Positions 24,823-32,000 of a stretch of DNA of 32,000 nucleotides are shown in pieces. Under the pieces are notes generated by a model. That model had not been told where the DNA came from. It searched no databases and was given only the letters and a program-made list of their open reading frames with translations. Every line of letters starts with the position of its first letter. Within the stretch, counting starts at the first letter, position 1. Both the position numbers and the translations under genes were made by a program. Source of the stretch: Polynucleobacter sp. MWH-Svant-W18 (GTDB taxonomy: Bacteria; Pseudomonadota; Gammaproteobacteria; Burkholderiales; Burkholderiaceae). Location of the stretch: NCBI RefSeq assembly GCF_018687495.1, contig NZ_CP061293.1, positions 1,721,242-1,753,241 of the forward strand, in the 5' to 3' direction.

Positions 24823-25815
24823 TTAATAAATTCTCTTCTCTTTCGGTAGCCATTTAACAGATTCATCAAGCCAATCTGATACAGCACTTGACCTAAGAAT
24901 GGACTCTCTAACCCAATCGCGCATTAGATAATTACCTGTATCTGCATATTTTTTTAATACATTAGGGCATATTGAATCAAGAGAAATTAAATAATGTAAT
25001 TTTGATTTCTCTAGCCACTCAGAGAGATTTTTTTGATCTTCAACGCTAGATATTTTTAATTTAACTTGAACACTAATATCTTCACCCGTAGGTTTTGCCA
25101 TTCCATCCATATTGAAATCAGGTGGAACTCTTGCAAAGAAATCAATGTCCTTAAAAAAGCCGCCCTTATATGCTGGCACAAAGCATTTTTTATCTTCAAA
25201 TAATTTTGCAAGTAAAGTCTCAAACTCAACGCTTGAGAGGCAATCAAGCGGATCAACTCTAAAACCATCTTGCCATTTCTTGGTCAAAAATTGAATTGCA
25301 GCAATGTTTCCAGAATACTTTTCATTCTTTCCAATCTCCGCAAATGTACGTCGGGAAAAAGCTGGGTTTGCCTTCATACTCGCAAGGATATATGGGACCT
25401 TTGAAACCGGCATTGGCTCAGAAAGCAATTCAATATCAAAGTATTTGGGCCAATCTATCCGATCGACCATGGCGCCCTTGTGTTTTTTAAATTTTATTTT
25501 TTCACATTCCTTTGGCTTCCCTATCATCCTATAAACCCAAACCATTCCAGAATCTATGGTGACTATATGAACTTCATATTTTTTTTCCTCTAAGTCTTCA
25601 TTGATTTTAAGAAATCTTAAAACTTCATTTTTTTGTTGGGTCTTTAATTTTTCTGAAAAATTGCCACTTAGAGTTTGCTCAACACTATCGCCTCCAAAAA
25701 AAATTGGAGCTCTTTTGCTAGCCAACCAAAATTCTGCAGGGCTCTGTCCATTAATGTTATAGCCTTCATAGGGATGCTTGATATTTAAATTAAAAAATTT
25801 TATTTTCTTATTCAT
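24823..25815 (-). CDS. unknown N-terminal domain fused to an Mrr-like PD-(D/E)XK nuclease domain
   Basis: 330 aa. SVEFETLLAKLFEDKK..YKGGFFKDIDFFAR..ISVQVKLK is the classic Mrr_cat pattern (FE..l, D-x-D, Q-x-K). The start ATG shares one nt with the stop of the upstream gene (TAATG). Confidence 0.6.
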   Translation of the reverse strand: MNKKIKFFNLNIKHPYEGYNINGQSPAEFWLASKRAPIFFGGDSVEQTLSGNFSEKLKTQQKNEVLRFLKINEDLEEKKYEVHIVTIDSGMVWVYRMIGKPKECEKIKFKKHKGAMVDRIDWPKYFDIELLSEPMPVSKVPYILASMKANPAFSRRTFAEIGKNEKYSGNIAAIQFLTKKWQDGFRVDPLDCLSSVEFETLLAKLFEDKKCFVPAYKGGFFKDIDFFARVPPDFNMDGMAKPTGEDISVQVKLKISSVEDQKNLSEWLEKSKLHYLISLDSICPNVLKKYADTGNYLMRDWVRESILRSSAVSDWLDESVKWLPKEKRIY

Positions 25816-27284
25816 TATTTTTTATAACTCTTAACTATCTCAACCATTGCCCACGTATCTTGTTCACAATATTTCAATAGATTTTTTCTAATTTCCTGCT
25901 TTTCTTTTTCTGCCATTTCATCAGAAACCAGCTGCTTGTAGGCTTCTTGTGCCATTCCACCGTTTTGCACCGCTAAATCTTTGTAACTTAGATTTGTGAC
26001 AGTTGGTAGCAATTTCTTAATCGACCAAGATCCTTTCATATCCGGGTGGTAGTAATGCTCCTTAGAGAGTTTGTATAAGTCAAAAAGTCTCTCTTCAATC
26101 TCTTTTAGCTTTGGCTGTAAATCAGGGAATAGTCGACCCATCTCCCTAATCCTCGATTGCTCAAAACTACTATAGACAAATATCGTCCCAGAACCACCCA
26201 ACACATTAATCAATGATTCGGTAAATTTACGTCTAGTATCCAGGCTCTCGGTATCTAAGAATTCTTTATGCTCAATGGCGGCTTCATCACTCTCAACGTG
26301 ACATGACCACTGAAAGGGTATTTGTGCAAAAGGACGAGTATTAGGAATTTTAGGAATGGCATAGCTTATGGTTTCAAAGTCTAAGTAAAAACGGGGATAA
26401 GCCAAGGCATCAATAGTTAACTTAGCGGCTGGATCTAGCTCTGCAATCCCTGACTTTGTAACTCTATGAACTCGAAGATGCCTTTCTTTTTCCAATAAAC
26501 CATCTGGCACTTCTCGCAGATCTTTATAGCCTGCAATTTTTAATTGCTCAACCACCTTAGCCGCATAAGGCAATATCTCAATGGGGTATTCCGTTTTTTC
26601 CTCAAAAGAAGAGCAATGCTCATAAAACGGACAGTCAAAAGGCTTGGTGCATTGATCTCCCGTTTTAATCTCTACTGGCTCATTTTTTAATGCTACTGTG
26701 CTCTTGGCATCGCTTAGCCACTCTGGGACCAGATCAACGAGGCTCTTTACTTCATCGGTGAGATTAACCTCTTCTAAAAATCCATCGTAATTATTGTCTC
26801 CGCCATACACAAATTGACTATTAATATGAGCTAGGTAGCTCATTACAGGCTTAGGCTGTGCATTTCTCAGTACCCACGTTTGAATTGCTACGTCCTGAAA
26901 TTGATAGGGCTTAACCGACGTAGAAGATTTAACTTCAACTAGCTTGTAATGTTTATCCTGCGGGAATAGCAAATCTACCCTAACCAGTAAGTCATCAGTA
27001 ATAAACGCGGGCTCAAATAGGGGAAGGTTTGGAGATTTACGTATCACCGCATCGGTTAAATCCAACGCCTCCTTAGAAGACTTGGTGCTAATAAACTCAC
27101 CCTCTGGTGATAGCTCTCTTGCTAAAGCGCCCACTTCATCCCCAGCAGCTATTCGCATCAAACTATCTGAATCCTGCTTAGCAAGCTCATGACGATACGT
27201 AGCTAACCAAAGCCTGCGTGGGCATTGAAGGTTTAAAAGAAGCTTTGACTTGGTTAGCAAAATAGCGTTGTTTAATTTATGCAC
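25815..27284 (-). CDS. DUF2779-type dual nuclease: Cas4-like PD-(D/E)XK with Fe-S cysteines, plus DEDD exonuclease
   Basis: 489 aa. The N-terminus has QCPRRLWL, RVDLLF..LVEVKSS (D..E-x-K) and CTKPFDCPFYEHC. The C-terminus has FYLDFETIS, VYSSFEQSRI and YCEQDTWAMVEIV (exo I-III). The GTG start overlaps the upstream gene by 8 nt. Confidence 0.7.
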   Translation of the reverse strand: MHKLNNAILLTKSKLLLNLQCPRRLWLATYRHELAKQDSDSLMRIAAGDEVGALARELSPEGEFISTKSSKEALDLTDAVIRKSPNLPLFEPAFITDDLLVRVDLLFPQDKHYKLVEVKSSTSVKPYQFQDVAIQTWVLRNAQPKPVMSYLAHINSQFVYGGDNNYDGFLEEVNLTDEVKSLVDLVPEWLSDAKSTVALKNEPVEIKTGDQCTKPFDCPFYEHCSSFEEKTEYPIEILPYAAKVVEQLKIAGYKDLREVPDGLLEKERHLRVHRVTKSGIAELDPAAKLTIDALAYPRFYLDFETISYAIPKIPNTRPFAQIPFQWSCHVESDEAAIEHKEFLDTESLDTRRKFTESLINVLGGSGTIFVYSSFEQSRIREMGRLFPDLQPKLKEIEERLFDLYKLSKEHYYHPDMKGSWSIKKLLPTVTNLSYKDLAVQNGGMAQEAYKQLVSDEMAEKEKQEIRKNLLKYCEQDTWAMVEIVKSYKK

Positions 27285-27882
27285 TCATCATTCTGACTAT
27301 TTCACTAATACCCTTTTGTAGTTGTGCGTCAGACATGGCGACAAAGCTTGCAATTGCCTCAGACTTTCCAACGGATATACCTTTAAGGCACAAACTTGAT
27401 TTATAGCGAACTGTTCCACTTCCGTCTTCATCGACATTCATCTCGAAGTTACCAAGAATCATGTCATTTAGATTTACCTCTCCAATGTAAGTGGCCATGT
27501 TTTCTGTCTCATCATCACTTAAGCCAGATAGCCCTGCTGGATAACAATAAAAGACTATCAAAGGATGGTTTGGATAGTATTGCTCGGTTACCTCAATAAA
27601 AACTGGAGCCTCCCTGGAAACGACCTCGGCAACATCATCATCCAAATCATTAAGGTTTAAGGTATAAGCAAGCGTTGCATTTTCTGAGTCTTCAGAAATA
27701 TCAATCGTATCCTCATTACCGAGAATCCCTTTCCACCAGCCCATAAGAGAGTAGGTTCCAACTTTAACTTCACGAGTTTTTGTCTCAATTTCACCAGTCT
27801 CTTCATTTTCAATTGTTTCTGATTGAATAAACTTAATACCGTGAAATTCATCCTCTTTTGGTAAGTCTTTTAATGAAGTCAT
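27277..27882 (-). CDS. acidic YbjN-like protein
   Basis: 201 aa. The acidic N-terminal half is followed by PVFIEVTEQYYPNHPLIVFYCYP..MATYIGEVNLNDMILGNFEMNVDEDGSGTVRYKSSL, which matches the YbjN-family pattern by eye. Confidence 0.45.
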   Translation of the reverse strand: MTSLKDLPKEDEFHGIKFIQSETIENEETGEIETKTREVKVGTYSLMGWWKGILGNEDTIDISEDSENATLAYTLNLNDLDDDVAEVVSREAPVFIEVTEQYYPNHPLIVFYCYPAGLSGLSDDETENMATYIGEVNLNDMILGNFEMNVDEDGSGTVRYKSSLCLKGISVGKSEAIASFVAMSDAQLQKGISEIVRMMSA

Positions 27883-27965
27883 GTGGTTCCTTTTTTGTTA
27901 ATTAAATAGGCTTTTTATCATTCCAAGATTGATAATAATTAAACTTTAAATTAATAATTTACTTT

Positions 27966-29330
27966 TTAATGGGTCAATTGGGCTGATTGCGCAATCTTTT
28001 TGGAATATGTACTTTCCTTGTTGGAGAAGCCCATTTCCCTGAAGTCTTGATGTGTTAGTAACTTCTTATTTAATAGCTCGTTAACTATGAGCTCCAAGCT
28101 ATCGCGATGCTCTGTAAGCAAAAACCTTACAGCCTCGTATTGCTTTTCCAGCAAAGTGCGAGCTTGATTTGAATAATAATCATTAGTCTTGCTCGCTTCT
28201 CGGTCTGGGATGAAAAGATTGGAGCCTAAAAGCTCTTTCTCCCCGTGCACACAATCAAATCCGCCCTTAGTTACTAAATCAAATGCAATTCGTGATGCAC
28301 GCCTTAGATCGTCTTGCGCCAAGTGAACATCGACTTCAAGTTGTCCACAAATTAATTCTTCAGCTGCTCTGCCAGCTATTGCGATCCGAATTTTGGTGCA
28401 AGCCGCCTTAAATGAAAGAGGTCCTTCAGTCTCGTAGGCACGCTGATAGTCCTCTACAACTATGCCAACATACCCTTTACCAGGGAGAATAGTTGCAATC
28501 TCAGGAATATTTTTATTTCCCGATTCTAAAATCGTGACGAGTGCATGTCCCGCTTCGTGAACGGCAATCTGTAAATCGTGTTTATTTCTAGTGGACTCAT
28601 ATCCATCCCCAGTTCCACTTGTAACGAGGCGGTAAATATCTTGCCACTGTATTTGCCTGTTTTGAAAATGGGCAATACGCTTTAAGGCTGATGCCAGCAT
28701 ACCAATCCTTCTGAAAACTGGAAAATCAGAACATAGAATGCACCCCAGCCTATTCATTGAATTCAATATCGAGATATCAAACTTTTCAGTACCAACCAAG
28801 TCTATTAGGTCTTGCCCGATGAATTCTGGCGTTGGCTCCATCCACTGCAGATGGCGATCGAAGATCCCTTGATACCTAAAGCAAGTCGCAATATCTGCAT
28901 AACTGTCAGAAACTAAAACACAAACAATGGGTTTACCAACCAAATTTTTAAGAAATTCAGTGGTTTTTTTTTGCTTTTGGAGTGATTCGTCATCATTACT
29001 AGAAGATTGAATCCAATCACCAGATTCTATGAATACTATCTTTGGATAAGAAAAGTTTTTACCAACCAGATCTTCGATATCAAATATCTGCGTGGAATTT
29101 AAATATTGAAACCCAATATTTAATTGCTCACTTATCAATCTGATGGATTGTTCACAATCATCAGCGTCTTCTCCCTCTACGACTAAGCCGTGTCCAAGAA
29201 GCTCCCATCTGTCTTCAGGAAAAGATGCTCCAATAGTTTGCTTGAGCTCTTGTGTCCATTTCCACAAATATGTTTGCCTGTCTTTAGTCTTATCTAATAC
29301 TAGTTTCGTTGCAGGATAAATGGACGACAT
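27966..29330 (-). CDS. soluble FtsH-like protein: degenerate AAA+ module plus M41 zinc metalloprotease domain
   Basis: 454 aa with no TM segment. IAVHEAGHALV (HEXXH) and IAGRAAEELICG, LAQDDLRRASRIAFDLVTKGGF align with the FtsH protease domain. At the Walker A position it has GLVVEGEDADDCEQS instead of GPPGTGKT, and at Walker B it has IVFIESGD instead of hhhhDE. Confidence 0.75.
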   Translation of the reverse strand: MSSIYPATKLVLDKTKDRQTYLWKWTQELKQTIGASFPEDRWELLGHGLVVEGEDADDCEQSIRLISEQLNIGFQYLNSTQIFDIEDLVGKNFSYPKIVFIESGDWIQSSSNDDESLQKQKKTTEFLKNLVGKPIVCVLVSDSYADIATCFRYQGIFDRHLQWMEPTPEFIGQDLIDLVGTEKFDISILNSMNRLGCILCSDFPVFRRIGMLASALKRIAHFQNRQIQWQDIYRLVTSGTGDGYESTRNKHDLQIAVHEAGHALVTILESGNKNIPEIATILPGKGYVGIVVEDYQRAYETEGPLSFKAACTKIRIAIAGRAAEELICGQLEVDVHLAQDDLRRASRIAFDLVTKGGFDCVHGEKELLGSNLFIPDREASKTNDYYSNQARTLLEKQYEAVRFLLTEHRDSLELIVNELLNKKLLTHQDFREMGFSNKESTYSKKIAQSAQLTH

Positions 29331-29534
29331 TTTTTTCCTTTTCTTAGCGCAGTTTTTTTCAAGAATGGAAAACTGCCTCTTAATGCTTAACCTCTATTTT
29401 AAGAATTTAGCGAATTAAAGTAAAACTGATTTTTATTTAACAAATAAAAGAAGCGAGAAAAATATATGGAATTAAAGTCAAGTATTTTTTATATCTATGG
29501 CTTTAAATTTTGTGGGGGCTTGTTTCTTAATTCA

Positions 29535-29580
29535 AGCGTCTCGTAACTAGACGCTTAACTTTTTTATTCTAACTAGAACA
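29535..29580. repeat. right-hand copy of the cassette boundary repeat
   Basis: AGCGTCTCGTAACTAGACGCTT...TTCTAACTAGAACA is homologous to 22549..22597. Includes the hairpin AAGCGTCT-N7-AGACGCTT followed by a T-run. Confidence 0.65.
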
Positions 29581-29713
29581 CAAAATACCACGCCAACTCA
29601 ACGCTGCGGATGCCATTTGGGAAATATTTGAAACCGCTGCGAGCCACGAGATTCGGTGCTTGTAGGGCGGTTGGTCGCAACCAGCTTAGACCTAATGTGC
29701 AGAACTGTTTTAG

Positions 29714-29727
29714 TCCTCTATCCTACG
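29714..29727. repeat. junction repeat C (TCCTCTATCCTACG) fused to the tRNA 5' half
   Basis: Matches the TCCTCTATCT(A/T)(A/T)CG cores at 19659 and 22607. Directly abuts the anticodon-loop breakpoint. Confidence 0.55.
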
Positions 29728-29790
29728 TTTTCAATCCTCTGCTCTACCGACTGAGCTACCAGGCCAAGACTTGGGATTATAAATGAAACT
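29728..29790 (-). repeat. orphan 5' half of tRNA-Phe plus about 25 nt of upstream flank
   Basis: 29728..29765 is identical to 19478..19515 (anticodon loop to the 5' end). The next roughly 25 nt (AAGACTTGGGATTATAA..GAAACTG) resemble 19516..19540. Confidence 0.85.
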
Positions 29791-29812
29791 GCGCTTTGAC
29801 CTAAAAAAGGGT

Positions 29813-32000
29813 CTAAGCAGCATTTGTTTGATTCTTGGAGCGGGCGATATGCAATTTTCTGTAACTGTCGATTAAACGATGGTGTCTATCAAGCCCTTCC
29901 AGCCCTAAGCTAGTTGGGGTCAGGCCATAAAAGCGCACATCGCCACTTACTGAGCCGATGACAGCATCCATCCGCTCATTACCAAACATTCGTCGGAAGT
30001 TCGCTTCATAGTCATCCAGATCTAAATCTTCACTTAGGAGAACTTCAAGCACCCCATCTAATGCCTGATAAAACAATCTACGCTCTACGGCATTATCGTT
30101 ATATTGCAAGAATGCGCCCACCAATTCATGGGCCTCATCGAACTGCTTTAATGCAAGATGAATAAGAAGTTTTAACTCTAAAACTGTTAATTGCCCCCAA
30201 GGGGTATTCTCATCAAACTCGATGCCAATTAATGTTGCAATATCTCCGTACTCATCTAACTCGTTGTTCTCTAAACGCTCAAGTAGCGCAATGAGTTGTG
30301 CATCATCGAGGTCATGCAGATTCAAGATATCTTCTCGAAATAGCAAGGCCTTATTGGTGTTGTCCCAAATCAGATCCTCGACTGGATACACCTCGGAATA
30401 GCCAGGCACTAAGATTCGGCATGCAATAGCGCCCAGCTGATCATGTACTGCGACATAGACTTCTTTACCCATATCTTTGAGAATGCCAAATAATTTTTCA
30501 GCTTCCCCTACATTGGAATTTTCAGTCTTGCTCGTGAAATCCCACTCAACAAATTCGTAATCAGACTTCGCACTGAAAAAACGCCATGACACGATGCCGC
30601 TGGAATCAATAAAGTGCTCAACAAAGTTATTAGGCTCAGTTACCGCTTCACTTGCAAAAGTCGGTGGTGGCAAATCATTAAGGCCCTCTAAGCTGCGGCC
30701 CTGAAGTAGCTCGGTCAAACTTCTTTCTAGCGCCACCTCAAAGCTTGGGTGCGCGCCAAAAGAGGCGAAGACACCGCCCGTCCGTGGGTTCATTAAAGTA
30801 ACGCACATCACTGGATAGATTCCGCCCAGCGATGCGTCCTTTACTAGAACTGGAAAGCCTTGCTCTTCAAGCCCTCGAATGCCAGCAAGAATACTGGGGT
30901 ACTTCTCAAGCACTTCATGAGGCACATCTGGGAGTGCAATTTCCCCTTCCAGAATTTCACGTTTGACTGCTCGCTCAAAAATCTCTGAAAGACATTGCAC
31001 CTGGGCTTCGGCCAATGTATTTCCAGCGCTCATACCATTACTGACATACAGGTTTTCAACAAGATTTGTTGGGAAATATATCGTCTTACCATCCGACTGC
31101 CGCACAAAAGGTAAAGAACAAATGCCGCGCTGCGCATTACCTGAGTTGGTATCGATTAAGTGCGAAGCGCGCAACTCACCATCTGGATTAAAGATTTTTA
31201 AGCAGTACTCATCAAGAATTTCTGCTGGTATTGCATCCTTGCTACCCGGCTTAAACCATTGTTCATTTGGGTAATGCACAAATTCACTATTGGCGATGTC
31301 CTCACCCCAGAATGTGCCCGCATAAAAATGGTTATTGCTGAGCCGCTCAATATATTCGCCTAGCGCCGAGGCTAGGGCACTCTCTTTTGTTGCCCCTTTG
31401 CCGTTGGTAAAACACATAGGCGAGTGTGCATCCCGGATATGCAAAGACCAAACGTTAGGAATGATGTTTCGCCAAGAGGCAATTTCTATCTTGATTCCCA
31501 GATTTGCCAATAGGCCGGACATATTGGCAATCGTTTGCTCCAGCGGCAGGTCCTTGCCTACGATATGCGTATTCGCATTTACGTCAGGCCTTAGGGTCAA
31601 TAAAGTTTGAGCATCTGCATCGAGGTTTTTTACTTCTTCGATGACGAACTCTGGGCCCTCTTGCACCACTTTTTTAACCGTACAACGCTCGATGGAACGC
31701 AAAATCCCTTGGCGATCATGAGCGGAAATATCTTCGGGCAGTTCAACCTGAATCTTAAAAATTTGCTTGTAGCGATTTTCGGGATCAACAATATTGTTTT
31801 GGGAAAGGCGGATATGTTCAGTAGAAATATTGCGAGTGTCGCAATACAACTTGACAAAATATGCTGCGCATAAAGCCGATGACGCAAGGAAGTAGTCAAA
31901 AGGGCCTGGAGCAGAGCCATCCCCCTTATAACGTATAGGCTGGTCCGCAATCACCGTGAAGTCGTCAAACTTGGCTTCTAAACGGAACTTGTCGAGAAAG
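29813..32000 (-). CDS. ycaO: OsmC-domain / YcaO fusion protein (5' end outside the window)
   Basis: Collinear with E. coli YcaO (IEIASWRNIIPNVWSLHIRD, CFTNGKGATKESALASALGEYIERLS, YVSNGMSAGNT, FASFGAHPSFEVALERSLTELLQGR). The N-terminal GDGSAPGPFDYFLASSALCAAYF is mid-OsmC. The frame stays open from the GTG at 31954 to the window end. Confidence 0.9.
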   Translation of the reverse strand, partial: FLDKFRLEAKFDDFTVIADQPIRYKGDGSAPGPFDYFLASSALCAAYFVKLYCDTRNISTEHIRLSQNNIVDPENRYKQIFKIQVELPEDISAHDRQGILRSIERCTVKKVVQEGPEFVIEEVKNLDADAQTLLTLRPDVNANTHIVGKDLPLEQTIANMSGLLANLGIKIEIASWRNIIPNVWSLHIRDAHSPMCFTNGKGATKESALASALGEYIERLSNNHFYAGTFWGEDIANSEFVHYPNEQWFKPGSKDAIPAEILDEYCLKIFNPDGELRASHLIDTNSGNAQRGICSLPFVRQSDGKTIYFPTNLVENLYVSNGMSAGNTLAEAQVQCLSEIFERAVKREILEGEIALPDVPHEVLEKYPSILAGIRGLEEQGFPVLVKDASLGGIYPVMCVTLMNPRTGGVFASFGAHPSFEVALERSLTELLQGRSLEGLNDLPPPTFASEAVTEPNNFVEHFIDSSGIVSWRFFSAKSDYEFVEWDFTSKTENSNVGEAEKLFGILKDMGKEVYVAVHDQLGAIACRILVPGYSEVYPVEDLIWDNTNKALLFREDILNLHDLDDAQLIALLERLENNELDEYGDIATLIGIEFDENTPWGQLTVLELKLLIHLALKQFDEAHELVGAFLQYNDNAVERRLFYQALDGVLEVLLSEDLDLDDYEANFRRMFGNERMDAVIGSVSGDVRFYGLTPTSLGLEGLDRHHRLIDSYRKLHIARSKNQTNAA

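Noticed and set aside
27966-29330. Housekeeping ftsH
   Set aside because: There are no transmembrane segments and the Walker A and B motifs are degenerate. At 454 aa it is short for FtsH, and it sits in an AT-rich island context next to nucleases.
1-32000. CRISPR arrays, rRNA genes, IS elements, transposases, prophage structural genes
   Set aside because: No regularly spaced 25-40-bp repeats, no rRNA-like sequence, no DDE or HUH transposase motifs and no capsid, portal or terminase-like ORFs were seen on either strand.

Overview
AT-rich proteobacterial chromosome segment, possibly from a low-GC freshwater betaproteobacterium such as Polynucleobacter; this is an impression only and no search was possible. 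All domain calls were made by eye from motifs in the supplied translations.

(1) 1-7.6 kb looks like core genome. It holds pstS, a split YeeE/YedE sulfur-transporter pair, a DUF2892 membrane protein, a Met-rich periplasmic protein, an HMA metallochaperone with a Cys-rich tail, and two Crp/Fnr regulators with two TTGAT-N4-ATCAA-type boxes. It also holds three of the four members of a family of small exported proteins.

(2) 7.76-29.79 kb is a recombination hotspot built around one intact tRNA-Phe(GAA) gene (19440-19515, minus strand). Four partial copies of that gene are present:
- a 45-nt 3' half at 7758-7802
- two collapsed 3'-end copies inside 42-bp direct repeats at 16870 and 17931
- a 5' half plus upstream flank at 29728-29790

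These copies delimit five modules:
- an integrase island (7803-16869) with two tyrosine recombinases and an AAA+ ATPase module
- a 1-kb two-gene cassette
- an arsC/arsH islet
- an autotransporter module
- a roughly 6.9-kb AT-rich cassette (about 22.64-29.53 kb)

(3) The last cassette is the best candidate for an undescribed system. It is an eight-gene, single-strand, partly translationally coupled cluster. It encodes a soluble FtsH-like M41 metalloprotease with degenerate Walker motifs and a YbjN-like acidic protein. It also encodes a Cas4-like PD-(D/E)XK + DEDD exonuclease fusion (DUF2779 type), an Mrr-like nuclease, a tandem YbjN-like protein and three small unknowns.

(4) The right edge is a core OsmC-YcaO fusion gene that runs off the window.

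Two other things stand out. A 15-bp palindrome (GTCCTTTTAAAGGAC, with a compensated GTCG...CGAC variant) is dispersed 16 times, three times as part of a 61-bp composite element. The integrase island also contains two non-coding tracts with strong internal structure. No CRISPR array, rRNA, IS element or transposase was seen.
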